A stretch of DNA of 64,000 nucleotides, from positions 50,448-114,447 of the forward strand of contig JAUCBJ010000050.1 of assembly GCA_032718475.1 (NCBI GenBank). Reading direction: 5' to 3'. Below the pieces are notes generated by a model that was not told the origin of the DNA, searched no databases, and saw only the letters and a list, made by a program, of their open reading frames with translations. This DNA is from Nemertoderma westbladi. Lineage: Eukaryota; Animalia; Xenacoelomorpha. Made by a program: the position numbers and the translations under genes. This document shows, piece after piece, positions 13,534 to 25,343 of this stretch (position 1 is the stretch's first letter; the number at the start of each line of letters is the position of its first letter).

Positions 13534-16500
13534 AGATCGTCTAAGATCTAAAAAAATGAATCGAGATTTCTATCGGTGTTATTACAAACGTTTTGTCTGT
13601 TACGCCTTTTACGCGTAAATTGTTCCATGCGCGCACTCCCCAGTAATCCAAAGTATTATTTATTTTCTAACATAATAAAATATATTTGATTTCATTAAAC
13701 AAAAATTGCAAGTTTATTTGTATACAATCCCATATATGTTGTTAAACCTGCTAAAACGCCTTTTGCGATAACAATTTAATTAGGGAATCTGTTTACTCGC
13801 CTTTTTATAGCAATATGAATGAACTTGAGCGCTGAAGGGGTGTGCGCATACATTTATTTACGGACGGATTATTATTATTATTATTTGTGGAAGAATCTCA
13901 AGAAAATCTGTTCTATTTGGGATATATTAATGGAAGAGAATGATATGTATTTGTAGGTCGTGTTTGTTTCGTATTTGTTTAAGTTTTTATTACTAAATGA
14001 AGCCAGTTTCTATCCATTAGGTTTCTGGCAACTTCTATCAATGTCTTTGTCTTATTTATTATGTATTTAACCGTATTGAAGCTACACAAACGCGAATTAT
14101 TTTCTTTTAGAGTGGCATATATATATATATTACAGGCTTATATCCCCAATTCAATTATAAGATTGTAACTGTATTTTATTCACTTACGGTTTAGCTTCGC
14201 GTAATTACCGGTATCAAATCAACATAACATGTTTTAAATCCTTTCAATGTTCTTATTTCACAACAGAAATCGATACCATAAAATTATGATCTAATAATAA
14301 ATAATAATAATATATATACTGGACCGGTATATCAATAAAACGTTGTTTATGTGAAATTATCATATCGACTTCACTTAAGACGATGTTTTTTTTTTATATA
14401 TACGGGTAAACGCTTTTGAGCCCATATTAAATTTAAAAAACGTTAAGTTACCGGTATATAATTGTTATATCAACTTCTTATACCGGTACCGGATATTTGA
14501 TCTTTATAATATTGCACCATTATTATTCATTAATGTTATTACTAATATATTCGACTCTACTATTTGCGATTAGTTGGTGGATTTTTTTTTTCAATAGTGC
14601 AGCTACCTGATTCAGTATCACCATCGCTTTACATTTCCGCGGTTATTTTAATAGCTCTGATTTTTTGGGTTTGGTTAGACTATAAAATGTTAGTTGAAAT
14701 TATGAAGTACCTCGGTCTTACTGGAAAAGTGAATAATTCTGTATTGATATACATTTATCATAGCAGCTGTAAGATTGTACAGTACCGCATCAAACAGCTG
14801 GATTTTCAGGGAATTAACCTGTTGAGTTACATATTTTCGTGAATAATATTTGAATGTTTTTCATGTTTTTAGAAGTTGACTGATTTAGTCATAAGAATTC
14901 ATTACGAACTATTTTTTTTAGATATTTTTATGGTGTGTCGTTGAGTCGATGGGTCCCCTGTTTACCTGAAAATCCGTCTGGGTCATATTCGGTACAACTG
15001 AAATAAAAATTATTTTATAATGTAATATAATATTAATTAAGTTAAGTTATAGGTCTACAATGGCAATTTATAATTTCAAACAATATTTTAATCAGCTAAA
15101 AGTTGTTATTTTTTGGGTTTGTTTTGCGATGGTTATATTGCATTTTTAGGCACTCACACTATTGTCTCCATGTCACATTTAATTCGAAAGTTATTACCCC
15201 GTAATTTAGGAATATTTTTAGACAGTTACCTTACTGGTACTCTAACCGAATTGCTTGAATTTTTAAACATATACATCACCTCGATGTTACAGATGAAGCA
15301 TATTTTAAATTTTGCCTTAAAAGGGTTGATATTGTGCTACTATATACCGTATTGTAATATACATAGATATAGAGGGGGTATGTTCTAATATAATAAAGCC
15401 CATTTTGTATGTAGTTTATAACCTATTTGAAACTTTAATGCAGTGCGTAACGACATGAAACACAATCTTAAGCGGTTGTTCCAACATGGTACTTCATAAT
15501 ATGACTCGTTTCCCAAAAGGCACTTCATGCTAAAAGTTGCCCAGGTTATTTCTCATTTTTTATATTATACCTACGAACAGCTGATTAAGTAAGAGATTGT
15601 GAGATTGACTGATGAGATTGTGAGTTGATTTTATCCACAAATGTATTTGTCACAGTTTCACAAGTTACGGGGGTTTTTTAAACCCAAAATGTAAATAAAT
15701 TGTTTGTAATAATAACTCTGGTGTAACATTGACGGGGTGGTGATATATTTGTTCCAAATTTTAAGCAATTAGATTAGATTAATACAAATAAAAAATATAG
15801 AAATTGGAAAATCCGTTCCTTAAAAATATCATTAAATTACGGGTCATCATTATTAATATCCAGTCAGTCCACTCAAACTTAATTAATTATTATGTAGGTA
15901 GATCATTGCTTTCAATATCATTCTAACAGCGATTATTTAAGCGACCCTCCCACTCTATATATAGTTCCATTTGTGGTGTATTTTTTTAGTATTTAGCGTA
16001 GCGGAGCGGTGTACACTTAAGTTGATAAATATTACAAACATCATAGTACAATAATGCTATTTGAAGATTGAGGCTTCTTGTTCTGATATCAGTTGATTTT
16101 TCGTGGTGTTTTCCATAAACGTTTTTTTTTTAGAATTAATTGTTTGTTTTCTACCTGTGTGCATCTGTGCAATACATATTTGTGGCGTGTTATTATTCTA
16201 CTGCGGTGTGTTTGATTACTCTAAATTAAATAAAATGTTTGTTAAGTGAGTAGTGCCCATTGCGGATAAATGGCATTTCGATTACGTACTAAAACTCCAA
16301 ACGTAGTCTACCAATTGCGTGGTCCGGTGGTCGCATATTCTTGTGCTTATTATAATTGTTTCATGAAGTGTTTCTATTGATCGTCGAGTAACAATTTCAT
16401 GAACAGGAATGTTGTTTAGCTAGCCGGGTACTTTTTAACGCAAACCTGTGGATTTGTGCTAATAAACTCATTTGAATTTGTGTTCTATGTCGAATTATGT

Positions 16501-19500
16501 GCGAACGTGTATTTGATTAATTATTATTTATAGGTACTGAGTTGTACCCATGTGTGGTTCCTTACTAAGTTCTCAATTGCTATTGTTCTCTTGTATACTC
16601 TGTATTCCTTATTTAGCGTCGTTTACGTAGCGTATGTAATGTAGGTATATAATTCAGCATGTAAATAGTTCTTATTGTTGTAATTTGTATGAGTAAGGGC
16701 ATTGGCATTGCTGTTTCATAATTGTGTCGCGTATTTTAAACATTATTGCCGGCAAAATACAAACCAGCGGCAACCTGCGACAGAACTAGAGAACACGCGT
16801 ATAGTTTAATCACGGACGTTTGAGAGTTTTAAATTACGCCGTGAATTTTTAACCGTTTGTCTTTTTGGCGGTGTGATGAAGTGACAAACATGCAGTGTTT
16901 GTGTGCGCGTGATTTATTACTTTTTGGAATGTGATGAGCTATTTATCAATGTGTCGGAACACATAGAGTTTGGTAAGTTGTTGAAGTCGATTTGTTTAAC
17001 TTCTGAACCACCTTATTTGTTATGATGTATTTTTAGTAAGTTTTTGATGGCAGTATGTGTGTCTAATCCTAATGTTATACTTAGTATTGTACTTTGTAAT
17101 TGTACATCATCAAGGTATATAAATAACGAAGACCAAAGACCGGTTATGGTAAATAATACCTTGCAACAGCTGTTACAAACTTGGTATATATGTGCCATAT
17201 ATATTTTTATACTTATTACAAAGGCACCATACGTTTATCAGTATTTATATAATACGGTATTTATTAGGAATTATAGTTTTCCTAATTGCTATGGACGTGT
17301 TTAGGGAGTTTAGACGCTTACTTCCATTTCGTAAGGACTGGCGATCGGTATTGGCTTAGCAACCAGCAGTCCATTATTTTTATTAGGCAGACGTCCATTT
17401 CTAATAATTCTAATAATTGTTAACATCGATTAAAAGCGTCATATGGTAAGGCGAATTTATGAATTCGAATAAGACCCTGTTAAAATTTTTAGTCAATATC
17501 TGGAATGGTTCAATTCACCCGGTGCTGTTTAATGTGGCAGCAGACCAACTGTCAATTGTTTTTTTAATTTTTTCGAGCTTATTTACTTTAAGTTTATTAA
17601 GCGCCGGTGTACATGGCGATCACGGTATACCGAACCCGGGTGCATTATCTTCATGGTAAATTTTAGGTGGCTCCATTAGTTTCTAACCGAATCGTTACGT
17701 AACAACATTTCTGTTGGAATCGTAACAACTTTTTCCCCATCGCATCGGTTCGGTTATTGTTAAAAATCTAGTGCCACGAGTTTCAGTAAATGCGAAATAA
17801 TACTGAACTTTTATTGCTGCCAATTAAATTAAACAGCGTAGATAACCAACGTTAACAGCTATATAACAATGTGCAACATACAGTAAGGCTTGGGTAAAAG
17901 GTCATAATAATTTTATAAATTAATTCCATATACTATACAGGTTAGCCATATACTATTATTTCATTTTTAGAGATGTACCTGATTGTGATCTATTCGACAG
18001 TATAGCGAGATTTAGATTCGATACCGTCAGTATGGATAAGCGACTCTGTGGCAGACTATAGACTGGCACGAATAAGGTCATAGCTAAAAAAAAATGTAAA
18101 TGACGTCTTACTCTAGATAACCTTTTTTTTTATATACCAGGAAGTTATATCCAATCGTATATGCTATACTGACGATTGGACTTGCATATCAGTTACATCC
18201 ATATACAACTGTAGAGGTACTATTTTTGCTCTTAAAGGGATTTTAACACTTTTTAATATTTATACCAAATCACAGATTAAATTTGTAAAAATTGCATAGT
18301 TATCTAAATTATTCAAAGTGAGGCTTTCGCCTGCTTGCTCATGCGGATATCCAGATTTCAATTTTCTGGAAATCTCTCGATTTCATCATAAGATTGGTAT
18401 TTTTTGAGATTAGTGCCATGCCGGCTTCCCGGAACTACAAAGGACCTTCCTTACTCGGTTTTGATGCGGCCCTTGCCTTAAATGTAATCAGAAAATATAT
18501 CAGTTGATAAGGTACCTCTACAATTGTGGTTCGTTATGATTATTCCATAGTACCAATAAGTCTGACGCACGCCTGACATTTAATTACACGATGGCGTATA
18601 CATACATTGTATCAAAGCACGGCCATGGGTTAGGATTTATAGAGTAGATTAGGGCGATATAAATCCAGCCTTACGTTTATTATAAAAGGCTGGGGTGGGT
18701 AAATACGGGATGGGTAAGTACGTTTTATCTAGGTACGGGTTGGTTTATGGTTAAGTACGGTTTACTTTATATAAGTACGGGGAGGTTAAGTACTCTGTGT
18801 AGATGATACTAAAATTTTACAATATTTTACTGATCTCGGTTTAAAGAAATTGAATATTGCAACTTTATTTGTCTGTAAACGGTATATGGAAGATGTGTGT
18901 ATGCGTTTATTGCTAATGGTCCTGTCTGCTTTGTTGCTTTTGATAATGAGACAATAGTAACTGACAATAATAACTAATGATGGTTCTCACAATTGTTTTG
19001 CAATATGTCATTTTATTTGTATGTCCTGTCTATACTCGCGAGGTGTTATATTTACAAAGGAAGACTGTTACTATTATGTTATGTTTCCACTGTTACTGTA
19101 TATTTCCGATTATTAAGTGCGAGGCTTGAACTTGAGATTACATTTATTATTTTTTAAATTTTCCATTATTTTGTTAAATTACCTACCGCCGAAATCCGTG
19201 AAGTGTCTGTTCTGTTTTCGTATAAAGTGAGTGATTGTGTAATCTCAAGTTTATTATTTCGGAAACAATCATATTATTTAGAATAATTATTTTAGGTATG
19301 ATATATATATAATTATACCGGTACTAGGAAGGAAGGACTTATTTTGTGCTGATTATTATTCAAACTATATGCCGGTAGTAGCTTCTAATTTGCTACTATG
19401 ATTCTGTATCTGTATGTTGCATACTAAATAGGTATCATTTATTTCACTAGAACATTATAATATGGTTGCATCAAGTTAATTATTATTTTCTTTTTCTTAA

Positions 19501-21075
19501 TTTCCTTAATATTGGGTGGCTTCCGTGACTTACAACCCGGATTCAACTTCATGGTATATTTGCTTTTGGGAATTTTTTAATTCAAATCACGTTTATTGGT
19601 ACTAACTCTAACCCAAAATCACAAATCCGAAAACCCATCTTGCATCTAAAATATCTCATCTAATTGTTAAATTCTCAATTAAGGGAAAGTAGCAAGTTAC
19701 ATACGGCCCAAACTCACAAAAAGTGGCCAAAAACGTTTCCCACACGATTCGACTTAATTTTAGAATGAAATTTTTTTTGGAACCTAGTTAAGTTATATAT
19801 ATTTTTGAAGATAATTTTATGGTCCAACAGATGCACAAAAAATCATAGTGCCACTCCGACTTTGAAAGATTTTACAGACCTTTTAGTACTAAAAATGCAG
19901 GTTTTTCAATTGTCCAAAAAAGTTCATTGTATTCTGGTTGATGTATTTTGACATCTACTGGGTGTATTTCAACAAGTTATAGCTCATTTTAAAGCTAAAT
20001 AATAGAGGAATGCAATGGAATAACTCCCAAATTGTTTTATTGATATCATATTTAAATAAAACAATAGATAATATACCCCTATTTTTGACAATTACTAGTC
20101 CCAAACGGTAACACCTGAATTCACCAAAAGGATTTTATTGGGATTCTATAAACTAAATTCTTATTTGAAAGGAAAATCTTCAAGAAGTGGAATGATCCAG
20201 ATTTTACGAAAAAATACTAAACACAACCGGAGATATGGCTGGTTTTATACGTGCGAGTCGATTATGTCAATTAGGATTGTCCCATGTGTAACACCAAGTG
20301 CACTGCTTTACCATGCTCTAGAATCAGTTCTAACAAACTTGATATGAAGATTCAAATATCAGAAGATAGCCAAGTTCTTGGTCTTTTGCGTGAGTAATCA
20401 TTTGTGGCAACAATTGACTGTGGAATAGACTTTAGTTGCTTTTACATTTATCAGCATGAGCTTTGTCCCACCTGTAACAAAAGCCTGTAACACAAAAAAT
20501 CGTTACAGGGCGGGACGTCCCACATGTAACATGTAAATCGAATAATTTTGGGCTACAGAGTAAGACATGTCTCACCTGTAACACTTTAGTAGTGCAGACT
20601 TCATAATATTGATAAGACTGTAGGTCATGCACACAGAACAGCACTATTAACTGTGAATTGGTACTTACCTACCTACAGTAGTACCGGTAACAGTATCAGT
20701 GCTGCCTCTTTATTGCGTTTGATTCGAAGTTATTGGATCTACAGATCTGCGCAGTGCATAGAGTTTACTATTGACTACTAAACAAACTAATCCTAACCAG
20801 AACCAGTTATAAGACATTGATGCAGACACTATGTGACTACGGTATAGAATAGAGACCACATTTCATTACTTATTAGGCATCAGCTTGCCGTTCCGGTATC
20901 AAGATACTGATAGTAAATAAAAATAGGACTAATAATACTGATCTGTCTTATATGGAATGCGGTCCATCTTAGATCTATCTTCTGCGATTGGGAGAGGGTG
21001 ATTGGGAGCTCCGTGAGGGGAGCAGTTAGAGGTGGGAGGGAAAAAAATAGAGGTGCAAGGGGAGCAGTTAGAGGT

Positions 21076-22245
21076 TGTTCGCGCTTTTAGACCTTTAGCA
21101 GTTTAACCTGCCAAATTGGGATGTCTTCTAGATAATGAATCGTCTTTAGCCTATGACGAGTATTTGATACACTACATTAGCCGAAGCCAGTCTATGCGCG
21201 ACCATACACCCGCTGGATATACCCGGGAGACTGGATTCGGAAGCCTAACCTTATTGCGGTGTAGGCCTACTGTATTATTCGACTGATCGTAATATATATA
21301 ATCTCTGACAAATATTATTCACTTTCGGGAAATATTAACAGTTCCTTTAGGACGTGGCGCTCTAAATATGTAAACAGAGTTATGACTTAAACTAGACACA
21401 ACGGGATGGCTATAGATTCACGTATATGGCGCATTCTTTAGGAGATGCTTTGTTATCAGTCACAATCATACATAATACTGCACAATGCTGCACACCGATC
21501 TGCCGACCTTCACTAATTTTAGTCACATATAAAGAGAACAACAACCAATACATGTAGTGCCTATGAAATAGCATTAGATTCACTTCAAAACCACTTTAAT
21601 GTAAGTCGCAATCGTTATATGTAACCGGTCCCTCTTACCTTCAGTATATCAAGAAGATTGAGGGTTTTATGATTAATTTATCGATATTCTCCAATATAAT
21701 AATATTCCATCAACTGATACAATGAATAACCGACAGTAAATAACAGTGCAAATGTTAAGTTAAGTTTGATATTAATTGAATTGTGGTTTGGTAACAGATA
21801 TACGTTCTATAATTAAGCCTACTAATGTTGGGCTAAAGACTGAAAACACAGAGATTCCAAAAGCCGGTCTTCTGGGCTCAGGACAAAATGTAAACATTGA
21901 CCCATAATGCATTGCGCGATTTCCCGGAGGTTTCTGTACAAAAAGCAGGAGAATCGCTCTGATTGGTTGACCAAACAAAGAAACACCAGAGAACAAGGAA
22001 AAAGCTACATGTGTACAGCTCAGCTGTTAGCTGTCGTCATAGTAACTACACTGTTTCAAGAGGATCTAGCGCATTGCGTCATAGAATTGCTAATTACGTC
22101 CGCTAAAGTAAACATACAGAAGAAATGGCTTTTTATGTCCCCTAAAACACCAGTACAGTAAGGATACGGCTTTTTATGCCTGTTAAACCAACTACAGAGT
22201 ACTTTACGGGGAAAATAACCGGCTAATTCCGCAAAAGCTTTTACA
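21076..22245 (-). repeat. 3' LTR of the outer element (1170 bp)
   Basis: Matches 48643-49815 with about 12 substitutions and one 3-bp indel by eye; preceded on the minus strand by the PPT. Confidence 0.95.
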
Positions 22246-22253
22246 CCGCTCCC
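22246..22253 (-). promoter_or_regulatory. Polypurine tract of the outer element
   Basis: GGGAGCGG directly abuts the 3' LTR on the minus strand. Confidence 0.75.
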
Positions 22254-22323
22254 AGAAAATGGGATTTAAGTCTATAAAATATAAAAAATCACAGTTTCTA
22301 AAATATAAAAATACTCTAAACAG

Positions 22324-23671
22324 TTAGTCTTTCTTATGCGGACGGCGTTTACGCAGTTTTTTGAGGCTAGCAAGAGTCCTTTTCTCTTTGGGGCGAGCCA
22401 CTTTACTAGGAGGGCTGTAACTCCTGGGTGAAGGGTGCAATACAATTGCATCAGAAGGTTTAGGATTACGATCGGTGTATCCGCCAGTCGAGGTACCTGG
22501 TTGATCGATATCAACTTCAGTGGAGCGAGGTCTAACGGCCTTTAGGGCGCGTCTTAGGACAGCAGCTCCTACGGGTCCTTGACGGGTCGTCTGGACAATA
22601 GCGGTAGGTGGACCGTGAGTGGTGAGAAACTTCCTCGGTTTAATGGTTCTTTCCAGCTCGCGTTCTCGGGCTCGATATTCGTAGGGCCGTCGAGATACTT
22701 CTTGTAACTCAGGGTGCGAGTTGATAAATAAATCGCCATACTCAGGGTCTTGACGGATGAAATTGATCAAATGGTATGAAGTAATATCGTTAGGATTGAC
22801 GTTCCTGAGATATTTTCGAACAAATTTGGTGGAAATACACTCACCAACACGCTTCATTAGTTCGTAACTCGGTGTGCGTGTTTTTTGTTCAACAGACGCG
22901 AATAAATAAGGATGGAACGTGTAAACTCCCTCGTAAGAGCGTCCAGGGTAATAGCGATGGCGGGACTCACAATGTAAATCCGCGTTCGCTTCCCAAGCTC
23001 GGATGTAGCGCAGGGTAATCATCTCATCTACGCTTTCTAAATCGTGGTTAAAGGGGCAATTATAACTGGCATGTCCTTTAAGTTGACAGTGGTGGCATTG
23101 AGTCATAAATTGGGGGCAGACTGCAAAAATGTGCGAGTTATTAAGTCTGCAATATGCACAATAGATCTCCATCATCGGTTGTTCGTGGAAATAGGAGCAG
23201 GGTACGTCTGAGTCCATAGGGGTGAAATGGTCTCTCGATGCGCATAATTGACAACGTTTTCGAGAAACATAGTTGGCGTGTCGATAATCGTATGCGGTGA
23301 GACATTGTGGACCTTGATACCACTCCAAGACGTAATCGTTATCGCTGCTCCGGGGCGCTGTAGGCTGGATCGCCTCAGATTCTAAGCATATTGGTTCGTC
23401 TTCCAATTGCATAGCTGAGGTAGGTGCGGCTGTCTCCGCAAGCGGACCCACTGTCTGAACTTCCACGACAGAATAACCCGTGGGTATTCGGGGTCTTTGT
23501 ATAACAGATGAATGTAAGTTCTGTATACAAACGTCCTGGAAAAGGGCAAATCCCGCGCTGTTTAGCTTCTCCGCAGCTGAGTCTCTTAGGCTGAGTTTGG
23601 TCAGAGCGCGGTCCTTGAACTGACTATCAACATTACGGAACGGAGTCAGAAAGCACCTGAAACATTCGAAG
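22324..23671 (-). pseudogene. 3' part of the outer element's accessory gene (Cys/His zinc-binding region, basic tail), split by the nested insertion
   Basis: CQLC..H, CAYC....H....C, CHHC...GH....C motifs; joins 35070-35497 in frame when the insert and one TSD are removed (..HNKFIR|FECFRC..). Confidence 0.85.
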
Positions 23672-23676
23672 CGGAT

Positions 23677-25177
23677 TGTTGCCGTTATTCCTACACCAGG
23701 GGGAAAAACGCCGATGCTGGAGACGTGACTTAACAGACCACCGAGCCCCGGCCAGTCACCGGATATTGATTGTGGGGAGGGAATATTTCTAAGATGCAAG
23801 TTTGCGGTTGAGAAAAGCTGCATTAGTTGGATATACTCTTTAATGTAACTTCCTATAGTTGAAAACCTGTTGAAACCTGATTAAGAATAATTTTGGGCTT
23901 CCCCAAATCAATATACACCAAATATTCACAATAAGTATACACGATAATATAAATCCCTACGGTATATTATTTAATAACCCGCTGTTCGCTCAGAATTTTA
24001 GCCTACCTAATGTTCCCCAGATTTTCCCTCAGTCCCAGTCTTAGTGCCGTAGTGTCGGTGTCGGTCGACCCTGTCGCGTGTCCGTTCCACCCCTCACGAA
24101 CCCCGAAGGGAACGATCATCGAGAACCAGCACGGCTTGGCTAAGGGTCGGTCCAGTCGGTAGACTCTGTCGCGTATCCGTACCACCCCTCTCGAACCCCG
24201 AAGGGTTCGGTCATCGAGAACCAGTACGGCTTGGCTAGGAGTCCGTCAGTTCATCACAGAAACCCAACCACCTAGGCTTTCCGAGTCCTTTTCAGGCTCG
24301 TAGTCGCTTCGGCAGCCGAGAAACTGCTCCGAACAGTCGGTAGGCCAGTAGAGTCTAGTCGAGTCTAGTCCTTTGTCTTTCGACCCCATCGCGTGTCCGT
24401 TCCACCCCTCACGAACCCCGAAGGGAACGATCATCGAGAACCAGAACGGCTTGGCTAAGGGGTCTGTCGTCGGTTCCCGTCGCGAATCACAGTCAAGCAG
24501 TCAGCGTTCCGAGTCCTTTTCAGGCTCGTAGTAGCCGCAGTTGACCCGAGACCGCTAAGGGCAGTCCTTGTCAAACCAGTCCTGTGGCCAGCCCTTTCGC
24601 ATGTCCGTCCCACCCCTCACGAACCCCGAAGGGATCGGTCATCGAGAACCAGTACGGCTTAGGTCAGGGGGCAGTCTTAAGTTGGCCACCTGTTCGCGTG
24701 TCCGCTCCACCCCTCACGAACCCCGGGGTTCGATCATCGAGACCCAGAACGGCTTGGCTACTAAGGGGCCGTCGGTGCCCGTCGCAAATCCCTGACACAA
24801 GCAGTCAGCGTTCCGAGTCCTTTTCAGGCTCGTAGTAGCTGCCGTTGGCCAGGGACCGCTAAGGGCAGTCCTTGTCCTTTAGGCCTGGCGCATTACCAAA
24901 TCCACCCCTACAGGCAGCAGGAAGTTGGCCAGGGCCTAATAGTACTCAGGCTAACCTGAATACTGCTTGCATTTTCCATCCCCCCTGGCCCTTATAACTA
25001 TGAAATTATTCCCGTACCCTGTAAGTTGCCCCAAAGTTCGCCCATAAATCGCCCCCAGTTTAATGAATGTGCCCAAAACCCATGGTCCCGCACCCAGTAG
25101 TAATATCGGAATAATCAATTTTAATAAAATACAAAAATATTCAACTCGCGTTATGGAAAGTTGAAATACCGCGAACA
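23677..25177 (-). repeat. 3' LTR of the nested element (1501 bp)
   Basis: Matches 33569-35069 at offset 9892; only one mismatch seen (25013 vs 34905). Confidence 0.95.
24060..24840 (-). repeat. Array of structured-RNA repeats in the nested LTR (5 K-turn-like hairpins and 3 GAAA hairpins); second copy at 33952-34732
   Basis: Recurring (+) motifs CACCCCTCACGAACCCCGAAGGG..CG.TCATCGAGA.CCAG.ACGGCTT and TTCCGAGTCCTTTTCAGGCTCGTAG, separated by variable sequence. Confidence 0.85.
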
Positions 25178-25187
25178 GTCCCCCCCA
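25178..25187 (-). promoter_or_regulatory. Polypurine tract of the nested element
   Basis: TGGGGGGGAC abuts the 3' LTR on the minus strand. Confidence 0.85.
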
Positions 25188-25343
25188 ATGACCTTCGTGA
25201 AGTCTGTCGGTCGATTGAGTTTGCGTAGGTCATTCCCAATATAAAAAAAAATCCCAAATTTAATATTGCATAGTTTTAATTAATATGGCCTAGAGTTTGT
25301 ATAAATAAATGTTCGATAAATGTTCCTGGAATATCCCAATCCA

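Noticed and set aside
12121-21076. Functional link between DDX6 and the neighbouring retrotransposons
   Set aside because: DDX6 lies 7.5 kb outside the TSD-defined element; proximity alone is not evidence.
22324-23823. 499-aa ORF as a standalone gene
   Set aside because: It is chimeric: the first ~49 codons come from the nested LTR (the same peptide starts ORF 33521-33715), and the true upstream part is at 35070-35497.
24060-24840. CRISPR array, H/ACA RNA or SECIS
   Set aside because: The context is a eukaryotic LTR with irregular spacing and no cas genes. The ACA lies inside an internal loop with no pseudouridylation pocket, and the helix above the GA pairs is too short and lacks the apical AAR of a SECIS.
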